Positions 1 to 14,275 of a DNA stretch of 64,000 nucleotides are shown one piece after another. Under the pieces are notes generated by a model. It saw only the letters and a program-made list of their open reading frames with translations, was not told the DNA's origin and searched no databases. The stretch comes from Camelus ferus (Eukaryota), in the NCBI RefSeq assembly GCF_009834535.1, contig NC_045697.1, positions 35,900,001 through 35,964,000 of the forward strand, written 5' to 3'. Position numbers and translations under genes: made by a program. Position 1 is the stretch's first letter. Each line of letters begins with the position of its first letter.

Positions 1-1210
1 TGAGAGTTCACTAATGGTACTGGCAATTCTGACGGAAGCACTCTGTAAAGGCTGCTTGCCCTGGGCAGAGGACGCTACTCAAAGCAGGTCCTGTATTTCT
101 CAATCTGTGAAATAAAACTAACTTATTCCTTCTTTTATACTAAGTTCTCAGCATTTTACAGTAACAACAACAAAGCCCGCAGGCTATGTATTTTCTTAGA
201 AAGTAGAGGGCTTTCCAACAATTAGAGCTTTCTAAAAATGGAGCACATCACTTCGGGAGATTGAGTTCCCTCTCCCTGGATGGGATCCAGCAGATGCTGG
301 TGACCGACTGGCTAGGACATCACAGAAGGGACTCAGGCATTGGTAGAGAAAGGATTAGGTGACTCCCATCCAGTTAAAGGATCTAAGAAAATGGAGGTGA
401 TTATCCAACTAATTCTGGGGGGTTGGGGTGTAACATTCTTGCCACAAATCTAATCATTTCAGGGGACAAAAAAATGCAGGTTTTTCAGGAAGCACCCTCT
501 TCCATAAAGACACACCCACACATTCCAATTCTCTTCCACAAACCTAGCATAAATGGTTGGAATCCCACTCTGACAAACTCTACAGTATGACCCAGAAGTT
601 TGGGAGGAATCTTGGCACACAGACTTTCAATTCACAGTAACTCTCCTTGAAATCACAGGGTGGGGTAACAGCTTCTGCAATACAATTATCTGGGGGGTGC
701 AATGTCTGCATTTGCTGGGATCAACTGACCTGTTCATAGACAAAAAAAGAAACTACAAATGCAACTGAGCCTATTATCTGAAAATCCACACAGAGTACCA
801 CAAGATGGATTTAGTAACTGTTAATTTCAAAGATAACTAAAAGGATTAGACCAGCTGTCCAGTCTGGGCAGGTTTCCTGGCTAAATGTAGAGAGGTGATA
901 CCCCATTGTCTGGTTCCTGTATCATAAGCTCACAGGGTTCTCTCCACACTCCTTCACAGCATTTTGCAATTGTAGTTACAAAACCAATTATTCATTTTGT
1001 TGTAAGTGTCTGTCTTCCATACTGAAAGTTCCAGAAAGGCAAGGCTCTCACTGCATTCTCGGTGTCTGTACCTTTACATGCAGATGTGGAAAAACAAAGT
1101 AAGAAACATATTTACAGAATAAAAGAGTTCTCATCTATACAGCCACTGTATTACCAAAGTGAAGACATCTGAGAATAGTGGGCATAGGCAAGGATGTGGC
1201 TAAATGAGGA

Positions 1211-1349
1211 GGGGAGGGTATAGCTCAGCGGTAGAGTGGGTGCTTAGCATGCGCAAGGTCCTGGGTTCAATCCCCAGCACCTCCATAAACAAACAAACAA
1301 ACCTAATCACCCCTCCCCTCTCATAAAAAAGTTAAAAAAAAAAAAAAAA
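1211..1349 (+). mobile_element. tRNA-derived SINE (camelid Vic-1-like)
   Basis: GGGGAGGGTATAGCTCAGCGGTAGAG A box, GGTTCAATCCC B box and a poly(A) tail. Sits within an old L1. Confidence 0.88.
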
Positions 1350-3699
1350 GAAGACAAGAATGTGGACAGATGAAAATGCTTATACACTGGGTGTATAAAA
1401 TGGTACAACCACTTTGGGAATTTGGTATTTTTCTAATGAGTTTAATGATAAGCACACCTTATTACCTAACAAATTTACTTTTCTGTATCCTAGAGAAATT
1501 AGACTTATGTACACTAGATTATATGTATTGGAACATTCACAGCATTGTTCATAGTTGCCCCAAATTGGAAATGACCAAATAGCCACCAACAGTAAAATGG
1601 ATTCATGAATTGTGGTATATTCAGGCAATGGAATACTACATAGCAATGAAAGAACTAAAGCATCATGCAGCTACACAAGTAAATCTCATAAGGGACACTG
1701 AGACGAAAAAAAAAAAAACAGGACACAAAAGAATACATGCTGTATGATCCATTCACATAAAGATCAAAAAACAAGACAAACTGAACTATTTATTTAAGGG
1801 ATGCAAATATAAGTTTCTAGTTCTACCAAACATTTGAAGAACAGATAATTCAAAGATAATTCTTACACAAGAAATTCTCCCCAAGAAGAGAGAGAAACTG
1901 GAGGCTACTACTGTACTTTGGGTGGGAGAGTCCCACACAGGAGGAGGAAAAACCCAGAAAATCCAGTAGGAAGTTACTGCAGTGGTTTAGCGGAGACTGC
2001 CAGGCAAGGGCTGATGGGTTCTTCTACCCACCTAGGTTCTTCTGACTGCTCTGAAAGTTAAATTGGCATGGGACAGATGTATAGGATAAAGTAGTGACGG
2101 TTGGCCCCAGCTAGGGTGGGAGCATTGGGACCCAGAGAAGCAGAGGATTAAAGAGAGATGCAATAGACAGGACTTGGTGATAGAGCAGACACTAGAGGTA
2201 AGGTGAGAATGGTGCCAGGGAATACTCCTTTATTAAAAGAAGGGAAGAGAGAAAAAAGACTGCAAATCTGCAAATTACACTATTTACAATACAGTCCTAA
2301 TTCTGATGCTTAAAAGTATATGAACTTTTCTAAAAATAAATTCAGTATCAAAAAGAAGAGAAAACTGCAATGGGTTAAAACACATAAAATGTTAAAACTC
2401 ATGAGGTTTAAAACAAAAGAAGAAAGAGGAGATGAAGGGTTTCAAAGGTTTTAGCATTGCTGGGAAAGTCGTAAAAAACCAAACCAAGTTAAGGATGCGT
2501 GTTGTAGTCTCTGGCATAACCTCTAGAAGAATTTGAAACTAACAAAATAATAGATGTCAAAAAAGAAAGAAAGAAAAATGTTTCATTGATACAAATAAAG
2601 CCAAGAGAAAAAAAAAAAGACTATAAATAGGTGGGTTAAGTAGAAGCAAAGAGTAGGACAGGAGAAAAGTACTGTCGTTTTACTGCACGTGTTCAGCACC
2701 ACAGGATGCTTCCAGAATGTGGGAAATTCCTTAGGACAAACAACCTGATTTCTTCAACAACTAAATTGCAAGGGGAAAAACAGGAGGGGTAGTAACCTAA
2801 AGATTAAGACAGATACTGACCAAATGTGAAGTGTGGACCATGTTTGGATCCAGATTTGAACTAATGCTGCTCAAAAAAAAAAAAAAAAGATATTATCAGA
2901 GAAACTTGAACATTAAGTGAAAAATGATTTAAAAGAACTATTTTTAGGTGTGATAATGGTATCGTACCAATTTTTTTTTAAAAGATTCCTTACCATTTAG
3001 AGATATATAACAAAGTAATGAAGAAATTACAAATGAAATGATGTTACCTGGGATTTGCCTAAATACAGACCAGTTTGGTGACGGTGGTGGTGGGGGATGC
3101 TCAAAAGGAAAGATGATGGAGATGGACCAGTGTGTTAACAATCACTGATCCCAAGTAATACTCACATGGGTTTGATTACAGTATTGTCTCTACTTCTGTA
3201 TTCATTTGAATTTTACTGGAATGTAAAATACAAAGGAACAGAAGGAGAAAGGGAGGGAGAAGAGACCTCTAGATAGATACGTATGTATAGAAAATGTTTT
3301 GGCAGGATATATTTCAAAGTGTTTAAATGGTTATCTCTGGGATAACGTGATCACAATTTTTAGAAAATGGTACAAATTTATCATCTCCGGGTGGGGAGAT
3401 CACTGGGAACTTTCAGTCTCTTCTGGCTTAGCTATGTTTTGTAATTGTTTCTACAGTGAACAAATCAGAATGTTCAAAAACTGTTTAAAAGGACAGAAGA
3501 CTGCCAAAAAACAAAGAGCTTCCCACTTAAATCACATTTCTTAACCATTTCTGGGTCCCAGTCCCTTTGCAGAATCTGATGAAAGCTACTGTCTCCCCAG
3601 AAAAATGCACAATCCTACAGGATTTTTCATACAATGTTAAAAAAAACTCTGAAACCCCAGATGAACCCATACTTTCTATATTATTAGCAGTTATAATAA

Positions 3700-3960
3700 A
3701 TAATAATAGCTGACTTTTATTGCATACTTGGTATGTGCCAAGCATGTTCCTAAGTGCTTTCCAAGTGTTAACTCATTTAATCCTCCCAGCAACCCTACGG
3801 GATAGGTGATCTGATCACCCCCAGTTCACAGATGAGGAGTGGGGACAGAGAGACTGAATAATTTGCACAAAGTCCCATAGCTGCTGATTTTTTCGGTTGA
3901 CTGGCAGAGCCAGCATACAAACTTAGCAGCCTGGCTCTAGAGCTGGCCTTTCAATTACCA
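3700..3960 (-). mobile_element. MIR SINE
   Basis: ACTCATTTAATCCTC...CACAGATGAGGA core. Further MIR copies at about 7880-8120, 9770-9980, 17570-17780, 29810-30010, 35430-35650 and 52020-52200. Confidence 0.72.
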
Positions 3961-4570
3961 CATGAGGAGGCCACTCATTAGAGTTAAATCAAATGAAGCC
4001 AACGCAACATTCTCAATCCGGCTCTATAAAACCTCCTCTAACTCAGCTAGCACTAAATGCCTACCATGAGCCAGACTCACCCAGACACACAGCTCACCCT
4101 ACCCTCACAACAGCATCTGTAGGGGACCATCCCGAACACCTGGCTGAGTGTTGGAGAATCAGAAGTCAAGCCTGTCTTCTGACTTCAAGTTCACCATACC
4201 ACAGCTGATTCCCTTTAAGTTGGGGAGATGGTCTGTTCTAAGTCACACAGATCTCCTTGTGGCCAAAATCTTTTCAAGATAACTGGTAGTAGTCCAGTTT
4301 ACTAGTTCAATTTGTAGACCTCAAAATTAGCCCACGATGCAAAGCAATCTAGTTTTTGAGATATTTTTTCCCTCATCCCTCTAGACAGCTGAGACATCTT
4401 GGGTGGAGACATGCTTCTGAAAATTTGCACCTGAAGTTCATACACATGCACAGAATCGCCTGCATATACTGAAGACAACTGCTAGGTGCTCTGATACGGC
4501 ACTGCACGCATGCACATCGCTGGTACAGATATGCACACGCAAATTACATGGAAGCCCTCCCGATGCTTAC

Positions 4571-4800
4571 AGTTTCACAGTTCAAGCATCGAGTTTCATT
4601 GGTGAGCGTTCCCTGAAAAATCTCATGGACCCAGGTGAGTTCTGGTTTATTATTTTCCGCAGGTTCGTTCATGTTGCCATTTTTTAACTTTCCATTTTGT
4701 TTCTCCTGTTTCTTCTCTTCCTGCAGGATGTCCGCAATAGTGTTTAGCAAATAATTTAAAAATTCGTGAGCATCCTGTTGCATGTAGTTATCAAAGAGAT
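4571..4800 (-). CDS. USP46: USP46 coding exon 4 ((D)[19 protein letters not shown]...TRCLNCET)
   Basis: 230 nt, acceptor cccttgCAG, donor GTAAGC. Completes the phase-1 codon from exon 3. QQDAHEF USP motif and first CxxC of the fingers domain. The gene continues past the left edge of the window. Confidence 0.98.
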
Positions 4801-6215
4801 CTGCAAGGGAGAAGGTCATTATTTCAATCTCTGGTTCTTGAAAAGCAAAGAAAATGCTTAATTTTACAAACCACACTTCAATATTCATATTGAAAGAGTG
4901 GACAGGTGTGGACTATATTCATCTCTATTTTGCAACTTCAATGGGTAAGCTTTTCAAAAATTTTTGTTCATTTCCATTTACCACCCATCCAGAACTAAAT
5001 GTCCTATATCTCCCCTAAAAGTCATCATATAAAAAGCAACAAACATTTTCATTTGATCTACAAAAGAAAAGAAAAATAGCAGGTATTACTTGATAAGCTC
5101 CCTGATAAAATATCAATATTTAATATGATGTGACCACCAATGATCAATTATTCATTTTGTAATTTATTCAGACCAACAGGGTCTCTTCCCAAAGATCATA
5201 TTAAACCCTGGACCAGGCTGGAAGCAGCTTAAATGAAACACACAAGGGAGATGAGGGTTATGTGTGAAAATGTATCTGTCTGTCTGACAGTGTTCTGAAA
5301 CCAAATACAAAAGCTTCCAGAAGCCTGCCGCTCTTCCCCACCATAAGGACAGACAATTGAGAGACGAATGCAGCTGCGAACCTTCATTATTAATCACAGT
5401 CACAAGGAGACTCAGGAGCGCTCCGCTTCCTTCCCAGATCATTTTTATTCTGGTATGTATAAACTACAACTTTAAAAGAGAGCAATCAAATTAAATGAGA
5501 CTTTATAAAACAAACAGCTGGTTAACTGTGCCAGTCTGTTGCAACAGGGCTGCAACTCAGAATAAGCAGAAGTCGCCGTGTCAAACATGTGTATGGTCAT
5601 AAAAATTACCCAGGCAAAACTCCTGGAAGAACCCAGGCTCTACCACCCCTTCTCCGCAAAAAAGGAGATAGGAAAAAACAGAAGAAAATCAGTTGACAGT
5701 AGGTCATTTTTATCATATAAAAATATCAATCTGATATCCTTCAATTGTCTCTGGCAAATAAAAATCAGAGGTATTATTTGTAAATCAGCAGAGGCTCCGA
5801 TTGGATAATACACATTTACTTTAATCACTTATGACAAGTTGAGAAGATAGTACTGTTTTATTCAATTATTGCATCAACCTATTTTTATAATCAGTGTCCT
5901 GCCTTGGGCAATCTTTCCTCTTCCAATGACCCTCCCCCCAAAAAACTCCTCCCAGTGTGGAGCAAATAAAAAGATCATTCCAAAATGCGATGATAAATCC
6001 AAAATTTTAAGTATATTTTTTATCCACTTTTGTTTGATATACTGGGTGGGAAAGGAGAACTATCTTTTCTTTAAAAAAAAAATGGTATTTGAGTAGTTGG
6101 CCGTACTATTTTCCCATTAAAAAAAAAAAAAAAAAAAAGATTCATTCTGAGGACACAGAACTGTCGATTCTCCTTATTTCAGAGCCCGAAACAGCTCTGT
6201 CTCCACACTACTCAC

Positions 6216-6429
6216 CATTTTCTTTTCTCAGCCTCGAAATGAACTTCTTTGGTGGGATCACGCCAACCTTCTTCTTCTGCGTGGCGATGCTGTGGAAAAG
6301 GTCTGCCAGGCAGGTCAGCAGGTTTTCCTTCTTCTTTTGCTGGGCTTTGTACGCCAGCACATTCTCCCGGAACGGCCGGCAGAAGTACAAGGCCTGGAGC
6401 ACGGAGTTACAGTAGCATGTGTTTCCGAA
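6216..6429 (-). CDS. USP46: USP46 coding exon 3 ([23 protein letters not shown]...FISRLRKEN), contains the catalytic Cys
   Basis: 214 nt, acceptor ccttccgCAG, donor G|GTGAGT (phase 1). Carries the USP Cys-box motif [11 protein letters not shown]. Confidence 0.98.
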
Positions 6430-8920
6430 CTGCGGAAGGACAACAGGGACGGTTCGCATCAGGGTCCGGGGCCGCTCTGGACCCGGTCGGGAGAGGGAGA
6501 AGGCCACCCTCTGGGGACCCGCCCAGGTTCCCCCGTCTTTGTTAGAAGACAAGTAAGTCACTCTGACCACCAGTGCCCACCTGAGCACCACAGAAATGAA
6601 TACAAGTACGCAAGCCTGGCAGCTCTCCAGCCCATAAACGTCTCTAAAATGATGTGAAGCACTCAACCTTGATTTCAAAAAATCTAATGAGAACTTCTGG
6701 TGCTTAAAAAAGAGGGAGATTGTGAAGAAGACAAAAAAACCCAGCGTAATATGGAGACCCAGAAAAGCAGCTGGCTACACACAAGATGTCACGTTGCTAC
6801 ACATCAGAACTACGGCAGGGAAAATAAAAATCCCAATCAGGAAGAAACCCGGGGAACTAGGCACCACTTTCTCCGCTACAACAGCCTTAACTGAATGGGG
6901 ACTTGTTTCGGTTTCTCTCTTTCAGGATCCTAGCACCCCTGCCACTGGCTTCAGACCGCATCCCCTCACCTTCTCCAGAGCAATCTTGTTTCTGCTAAGG
7001 TGGCAACTGTCCCACTACAGTACTACCCAGTTCCTGGTCTCCTGCAATCAGATGAGGGCCCACGCAGTAAGATTTTGCAACTCTCAAATGCCCTGGATAT
7101 TCAAGATTATGATTAATGAGGGAAAAAGTCACCATCTCACTGGTTTTCAACCCACTATAAAACCAATCCTGTGGGAGCACACGGAGCTGAGACATTCATT
7201 TTAGAATTTTTCATACACACTAAAATGAAAACAGTCTAAGGAAATCACAAGATTAATAACACAGATGACGAAATGCTGTGTAAGATTAAAATAGAACATG
7301 AACATCTTCTCAAGACTGGTTGTCGGCTTGTGTGTCGTTTGCCCAAGAGCGTGGCAGATGCACCGCCATGCTTAGTGTGACATTTCCACGTATGCTAAGA
7401 CAGAACACTTCCTATTTTTATACATTTTAATCTACTTTGACACAATTATGTAATGAGACAAACCTCTTTTTAAGGAGAAGCTGGAACTTTCAAGAATTAC
7501 CATTCGAAGTAAACATAAATGAAATTATTAGTAAGTTTAGCTCTCACAACGCTTCCACAGACTAGGACATGGCCTTTATTCTTTTTCCCTCCACAGTCTG
7601 CACTGTCTTTTCCCTAGACGAGGCAGAATTCCCACAACCTGAATAACTATCTTTGTAGAGCTTAAGCTTGAGGCCTTTGCACAATGACTAAAAAAAATGG
7701 TATTAAAATTAGAAGTCAGTATTAGTCACCAATATAATGCCCTATATGCCAGTACGTTAGCCTTCCTCCTCCCATTCTTATCTCTTTTACTCTGTACCTC
7801 ACCTCTACCCAGACACCCTTTATTGACATTTGGCCCTGGGCCAGGGGATAACTCCTGGGAAAGAAAAGGAGCTAACTTTTACTGAGTGTCCACAATGTGC
7901 CTCAGCCTCATGTCAGGATCTTCAATAGGTGCTCTCATGGCTCCTTCATTATAACCCAAGATGTAGACACCGTTATGATCTCCATTTTACAGAGGAGGAA
8001 ATGAAGGCTCAGAGAGGTCAAGTGACTGCCCAACGTCACACAGCTAGTGAACAGCATAGGCAGAATTCAGACTCAGGTCTGTATTCCTTTGAAGCCAACG
8101 TCCACCCTATTATACCATAGGCAGCATTCACTCACAGAGAATATTTCCAGCTTCTCCAGTGGAAATTACAACCTATCACACCTGGGCTCTGACAGAGGAT
8201 GCTCAAAGCAGTTGTTCCAGAAAACTAACTGCTTATGAGTTAACACTAGATGTCACTTAAATCCTCCACCCCAGAGAGAAAGGATCAGGTGAGGACGTTC
8301 GGGGGGTGTTGGGTAATACTGCCTTACTACTTGGTCATAATCAACTTGTCAAGGACACAGAGCCTGGGAAGTCTGGCCACATACAAGGGGACCATTGCTG
8401 AGCACAAGTAAAATGAGGCCAAGGGATTTCAAGGTAAACTGGTCCCAGTTTCCCACCCCCACCACAACCTAATCAAGCTTCAAATACCACTACCAAGTGC
8501 TGCTGTTGAACAGTGGTGAGCTGGTAACACTTTCAATCCTCTGGCTGAACGGATGCATACTGAAACAGAGACTTCCCAGGAGCCCATCCAATTGTAAAGG
8601 GAGAATGTGTAAAAGCAGATATCGCTACAAAGGCTATTAATATCGCTTTGAAAGTTACACATGCAAAGGAAATCCTTTAAAAGTGGGGTTGGGGGAGGAG
8701 GAGAGAACCTGGCCTACTAATGCAATAATTAAATCTTTTTTCTGGGGCAACTCATACCTTCAAAAACAGGTCTCAATCTCCCCCACCCCAATATTTGCCA
8801 CTTCTTAGAACTAAGGAGCATGAACAATTATTTAAAACTTGCAAATGATGAAAATGGCAGTGCAGTTGCTTCAAGAGCTCTAAAACATTAGATTAAAATA
8901 GTACATTTTAAAATACTTAC

Positions 8921-9001
8921 ATTGACCAATCCGAAGTAGTGTTCATTGATTGGAAACTGCTCTGGACCAATGTCTTTTTCCAGAGCAGAGGCATTGGTGC
9001 C
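8921..9001 (-). CDS. USP46: USP46 coding exon 2 ([27 protein letters not shown])
   Basis: 81 nt, acceptor ctctcttAG and donor GTAAGT, phase 0/0. Too short for the ORF track; read directly from sequence. Begins the USP Cys box (GLVN). Confidence 0.97.
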
Positions 9002-12000
9002 CTAAGAGAGAAAAACAACAAAAGTTCTGTTGTGTGTAAAATAGACAAGAAAGCAAAATGATACTTGAGAGAGTCCACTATGGAGACCAGCATCCCCTCT
9101 GGTCGCCACAGGGTTTGGTGATGGTCCTGCTGAAAGAACAGGTGTCAGAAGTACACCAGTAGATGAGGTAGTAAGGCCAGCCTATTTCTCTCCTCATCCA
9201 ACTTCGTCACTCCCTCGAACTTGTCCTACCCAGCTTCAACTATCTTCTGTCAGGAAAGGAGGTTTGGGACAGGCAGATAAGCAGACTATCGCTCAGAACT
9301 TCCGAATAAAACATTCTAAGCTTTTATACTACTCGGTGGTGTACAGAATCATACCACCATTTTCAAGGTCAATGGCATCATTCTGATAGAGGTTTATCCA
9401 TCGTGCACCCACTATGTGCCAGGCACCACTCTAGGCTCTGACAACAGAAGAGCAAAGACAGCCGGAAAGAAAAAGCAAGCACAGTGGACGGCAGGTTGGA
9501 AGGTGCTAAGTGCAGGGAAGAAAAACAAAGCAGGAAACGAGGGTGGGACTGCAGGGAGCAGGGAGTGGAGGGGAGGAGAGGAGGGAGGAGGTGTGGAGGG
9601 TAGACAGTTGGAGCTCAATTTAAATAGGGGGGTCAGGGAACTGTGAGATCTCCAAGAAATATTGTGAATAATGGAGAAACACAATGTAAAACCTAACAGT
9701 CCCCAAACAGATCAAGTTGGTAAGCAATATGAACCCCAGTTCAACTCTCCAACATGATAAGAAGTTACTGGGTACTCCCACTGTGTGCCAGGAGCTGCAC
9801 TGTTTATTCTCACAACAATACCATTAGGTAAGCACTATCATAATCCCCATTTAACAGACAGAGACTTAAGGCTTAGAATGGTTAAGAATCTGCCCTAGGG
9901 CCATGGGCAGCCAGTCAGTAAGTGGCAGAGCTAGAACCTGAACCCAGGAGTCAGACTTGGGAGCCCATGGTCTTAACCAGATGTGATGCAGAGCAATCCT
10001 ATTGAACAAAAGCATTTACTGAGCCCTGCTGAGGGCAAAGTGGTCACTGGTGATCCACACAGAGTGCCATTTCCCCCCAAGGCCTGGATGAGTCAGTCTG
10101 CTGGGACAAGGAAAAGTGACCAAAGTTCAGTCCAACCAGGTATGGGGGTGGGGAGGGCCAGGCCCACGTGGACCGGTGGCTCCACCATCCTTCTACAGCC
10201 TTCTCACGTTCTCAGGCAATCGCAGAAGACTCACTGTTCATAGAACCTCAAAGATCTGGGAGACAGGTGTTTTAAAAAGAAAGAGACTACTATGTTTTAC
10301 TTAAAAAAAAAAAAAAAGAATCTGCTGCTGCTACTTACTCTGGGCTCACAGAATTAGAATCTCCCATCAAAGAAAGAAATGGCCAAAAAGCAGGCTGAGA
10401 ACTGGTCAAAATGGTCATGTGTCAAAAGCAAACATTAAATGCAGAATAACTCAATTCTAAGCAAACAGAACCCCAGCAGAAATAGCACATTCCACCCTCT
10501 TATCATAATCTCTTTTGTTTCCACTTGTTTTCCAGGTCCATTACATTGTTTCACCAATCGAAATTCCTTTCCTCAACATCAGAGACTTTGAGATCGGTGG
10601 TCATCTGTGTGCACTACAGTGTTCACTATCTTTTCTTGTGTGTGTGTGTGTGTGTGTGTAGTTTTTGTTGCCTTCAAAATAATGTGACTCCATATACAAG
10701 GCTGAATTTTTAAAAATAATACTTAAAGAAAGCAGGATTTTATGGTATAGACAAAAATCACTAAAATTTTTCAACAAAGCTACACCTCAGTCATAAATCG
10801 ATGTCAATAATGTGTATTAAATACATCCATAGCCACTTTTGAAGCAGCATTAGAATATATGGCTTCGAGCCCAGGAGGGATGTCAGATATAAAAGTATAC
10901 ATAGCACATGAGACAGATTTCATTAAATCTTTCTTTATGAGGTAGCCATGTATTCAATCCATGATTTTTGCTATGTGGGAATTCTTGGGTGGAGTCTGCT
11001 TTTTTCTACCTATCTTAATATTTTCCCACTGAAGAGGCAGTTGGTGGGGGTGGCTAGTTATGACTCATGCCAAGTACGGTGACCCAGGGGCAAGTGATGA
11101 AGAGGAACACCCTGGACAAGAGGCAGGGACCACGAAGGCAGTGCGGGAGCACCCACAGGACAGCTCGGGGAAAGAGAGTGAGCTAACGGTGTCTTCGGTG
11201 AAATCTGGCTCTTCCCTGAGGTCCACACTTCCTGCCACCCTTCAGGTCAGGCGTGCTCATCTTCTTGCTCAGCGCACACCAGTTCTAGCAGGGTCAGGAG
11301 AGGAGTCAGCCGGACTCTAATCCTCAGAGCAGCTTCCAGACCACTGCACCTTCACCCTCCAGTCAAAATACCTGCCTTCTGCGCCCTCTGCCTCCCAGCA
11401 CTGTACAAACCCCTTCCTTTCTCCTCTTCTGGTCTGACCTGCAATTCACAGACGGCCTAGTTCTCCACCCCATCTCCTGTCCTCACATTGGGTGGTTTCA
11501 GTATCCACTTGGCAGCATCTTCCCACATCCTGCTCGCTCAGTGATCCCATGTCCTCTTTTTCAGCTGCCTTTATCCCTCTCCACTTTTTTATCTTCCACT
11601 CCACTCCAGCTACCCACTCCCAAAGACACAACCTGGGCCTGGTCACCATCCCAAAACCCAGCCAGGCTGGGCTCTGCCTGCCGGCTTTGCTCCATTACAG
11701 CCACACTTAACTCGCTGAGATCTCTCATCCTCTCCTTTCTCATTCAGCCTAGAGTCTGGGGATCATAATTTCAGGTGCTCCTAGAAACACCTTTATCCTG
11801 TCCTTTGGTCACACCACTTGGCAAAAAACCAACCCAGTGGGAACCAAATTATCCACCTTCATCGAACCTACAGCCAGACAGAGGGGCAATGCTGGGGGCG
11901 AAGTTGCACCCCAAGCTGACCGCATGCACTAGGACTCACCAAATTCAAGCAACCTTCAATGTGCCCACTTTCCAACAGCGTTTTGCCAGTGCACTTACTC

Positions 12001-12456
12001 TTCACTCCACAGCGACTATTTCCAACCTTCCCCAAGCCCCTCAAAACTTTACACCCTTCTGTCCCTCTCACTGGCCACCCATTCAATAGAAAAAAAAATT
12101 AAACTGGCAGAGAGGAATACTCTTAATTTCACACACCCAAACCTTCAAACCTATGTGCCCAGCTCTGTGTTGGAGATCTCGCTCTTGTCCAAGGTCAATC
12201 TCTCCTGCACCATTAGGTCCTGCCCAGCTGAACTGAGTATGCCTCAGTGTCTGTCATGTTAAAAACACACACACATATCTTCCCACATCTCCCCAGTTAC
12301 CACCCTCTTTCTCACCTCCCCTTTAGAGCTAAACTTCTTTAAACAACTGTCCATTCTAAAACATTTACAAATGGATCAGACGATTTCTAAGATTTGTTTC
12401 AAATAATCCAATAGGGAGAAGTGGGAGGTGGAGGGGGGTGAGGATAAAATTATGCT

Positions 12457-12768
12457 GGTGGAAACAGACTCACAGATGTAGAAAACCAACTATGGTTACC
12501 AAAGGGGAGAAGAGGGGAAGGATAAATTAGGAGTTTGGGATTAACCGATACATACTACTACTGTATAATAAAAATAGATAAACAACAAGGACCTACTGTA
12601 TGGCACATGGAACTATATCCAATTTCTTGCAATAAGCTATAATGGAAAGAATCTGAAAATACAAGTATATATGTATGTATGTGTATGTTTAACTGAATTG
12701 CTTTGCTGTACACCTGAAACTAACATTGTAAATCAACTACACTTCAATAAAATTTTTTAAAAAAAGAA
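12457..12768 (+). mobile_element. L1 3'-end fragment (artiodactyl type)
   Basis: AAACAGACTCACAGA...ACACCTGAAACTAACATTGTAAATCAACTA...AATAAA then an A tail. It is the same family as the reverse complement of the 39.5-39.9 kb 3' UTR. Confidence 0.85.
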
Positions 12769-12879
12769 AAGGATTTGGCAACAAAAAATGGTTAAAATGG
12801 AAAAAATTATGCTTGAGAAGCTGAGTGGTGGGTTTGTGGGGCTTACTGTATACTATTCTGTGTATACTTTTACACGTAC

Positions 12880-13381
12880 ATACAGGCAAGATAATGATCT
12901 CCCAAAGACACCTGTGTCCTAAACCCCAGAACTTGTAATAACATTGCCTTACATGGCAAAGGGAAATTTAGATTGCAGCAGGACTTAATTTGCTATTCAG
13001 CTGACCTTAACACAGGAGGATTGTCCTAGATTATCCAGTTGGGTCCAAGGTAATCACAAGCATCCTTAAAAGTGGGAGACAGAGCGGAACAACCGATTAG
13101 AGTGGTATGATGTGTGAAGGACTTACTGTGCCTTTGCTGACTTTGTAGACGGAGGAAGGGGCCAGGAGCCAAGGAACCAGGGAGTCTCCAGAAGCTCAAG
13201 AGGTAAGAAAACAGCTTCTCCCAGAGCCTCCAGGAAGGAAGCAGCCCTATGCTGCCTTCATTTTAGTGCAGGGGGACCCAGTTCAGACTTCTGCCCTCCA
13301 GACTATAAGACAATAAATTTGTACTGTTTATACCACTAAGTTAATGGTAATTTGTTGCAGCAGCAACAGAAAACTAATACA
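12880..13381 (+). mobile_element. MaLR (MLT1-type) solo LTR
   Basis: Typical MLT1 tracts CCTAGATTATCCAG and GACTTCTG...AATAAATTTG...GCAGCAACAGAAAACTAATACA. Confidence 0.8.
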
Positions 13382-14275
13382 TATGTCCAAGGTTTTCCAT
13401 AATACTCATTAAGACTTGTCTCTATTTCCTCACCCCCACATCTCTCCTCAAAATAGCCCCTTCCAGATTCTACCCCCTGATGAGTTCCCAACACTGTCAA
13501 CTCCAGAGGGCACATTTAGCTGCTAGCTTTCTCCAGGCGTGGTCTGGGGCCCTCTCCCCTCTCTCCATGTCGCTCTGTGTAGGGTCCAGGTGATAACCAT
13601 TCTAGTGGCTTCAATCAACAGCTATGTGCCAACCATTTCCAACTCTCCACCTTCATCCCAGAAAGCTCACTTCTGAGCTCATTCAAGTGGGCCCGCAACA
13701 TCATTTTACTACGAAACTAGAACTTCCACATCTCCTTCCCCCCAAATCCAAACTCTTCCTGGGGTTCTCCACTTAGTACATGACAATGCCACCTTCCTCC
13801 TGGCTCCGGCTAGAAACCCAGGGGTCATGCCCCACATCCCCTCTGCCCCGACACCCATCCGTCACTGTGTCCTATCGAGTCACTCTCCTTCAATCGCTCA
13901 AGTCCATTCGCTTCTCTTTAATCCCTCCCACTACCAAGCCACCAGCATCTCTCATCTGAATTACAACAGCCTACTAAATGGCCTCCAACCTTACTCACCT
14001 CTAACCCCACTGCCAATGCGGCAGCAAAAGTGCTCTTTTTAAATCCAAACCTGCTTTAAAATCCCCCAGTGACTTCCACTGCTGTTCCCATCACCTCCTG
14101 CCACTCATTCCCTCGTACACTTGGCTGATTACGATGGTCTTCATTTGGTTCCTCTAATACGTCAAGTTCTGTCCCCTCCATCCCCTGCATGCTCTCCCTG
14201 CCTCTTCAGCTGGCTGCACCCTGTCATCCCTCTCAGGGAATTCTTTGCTGGCCACCCCTAGATTCAGGGAGTCCC

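Noticed and set aside
1211..1285. tRNA-like sequence with A and B boxes (also at 42.5, 46.9 and 53.9 kb)
   Set aside because: These have A-rich tails and occur as several diverged dispersed copies, so they are SINE heads, not tRNA genes.
4544..6678. Full-length ORF-track proteins of 114 aa and 156 aa
   Set aside because: Only the internal parts are USP46 exons 4 and 3. The extensions read through intron beyond clear splice sites.
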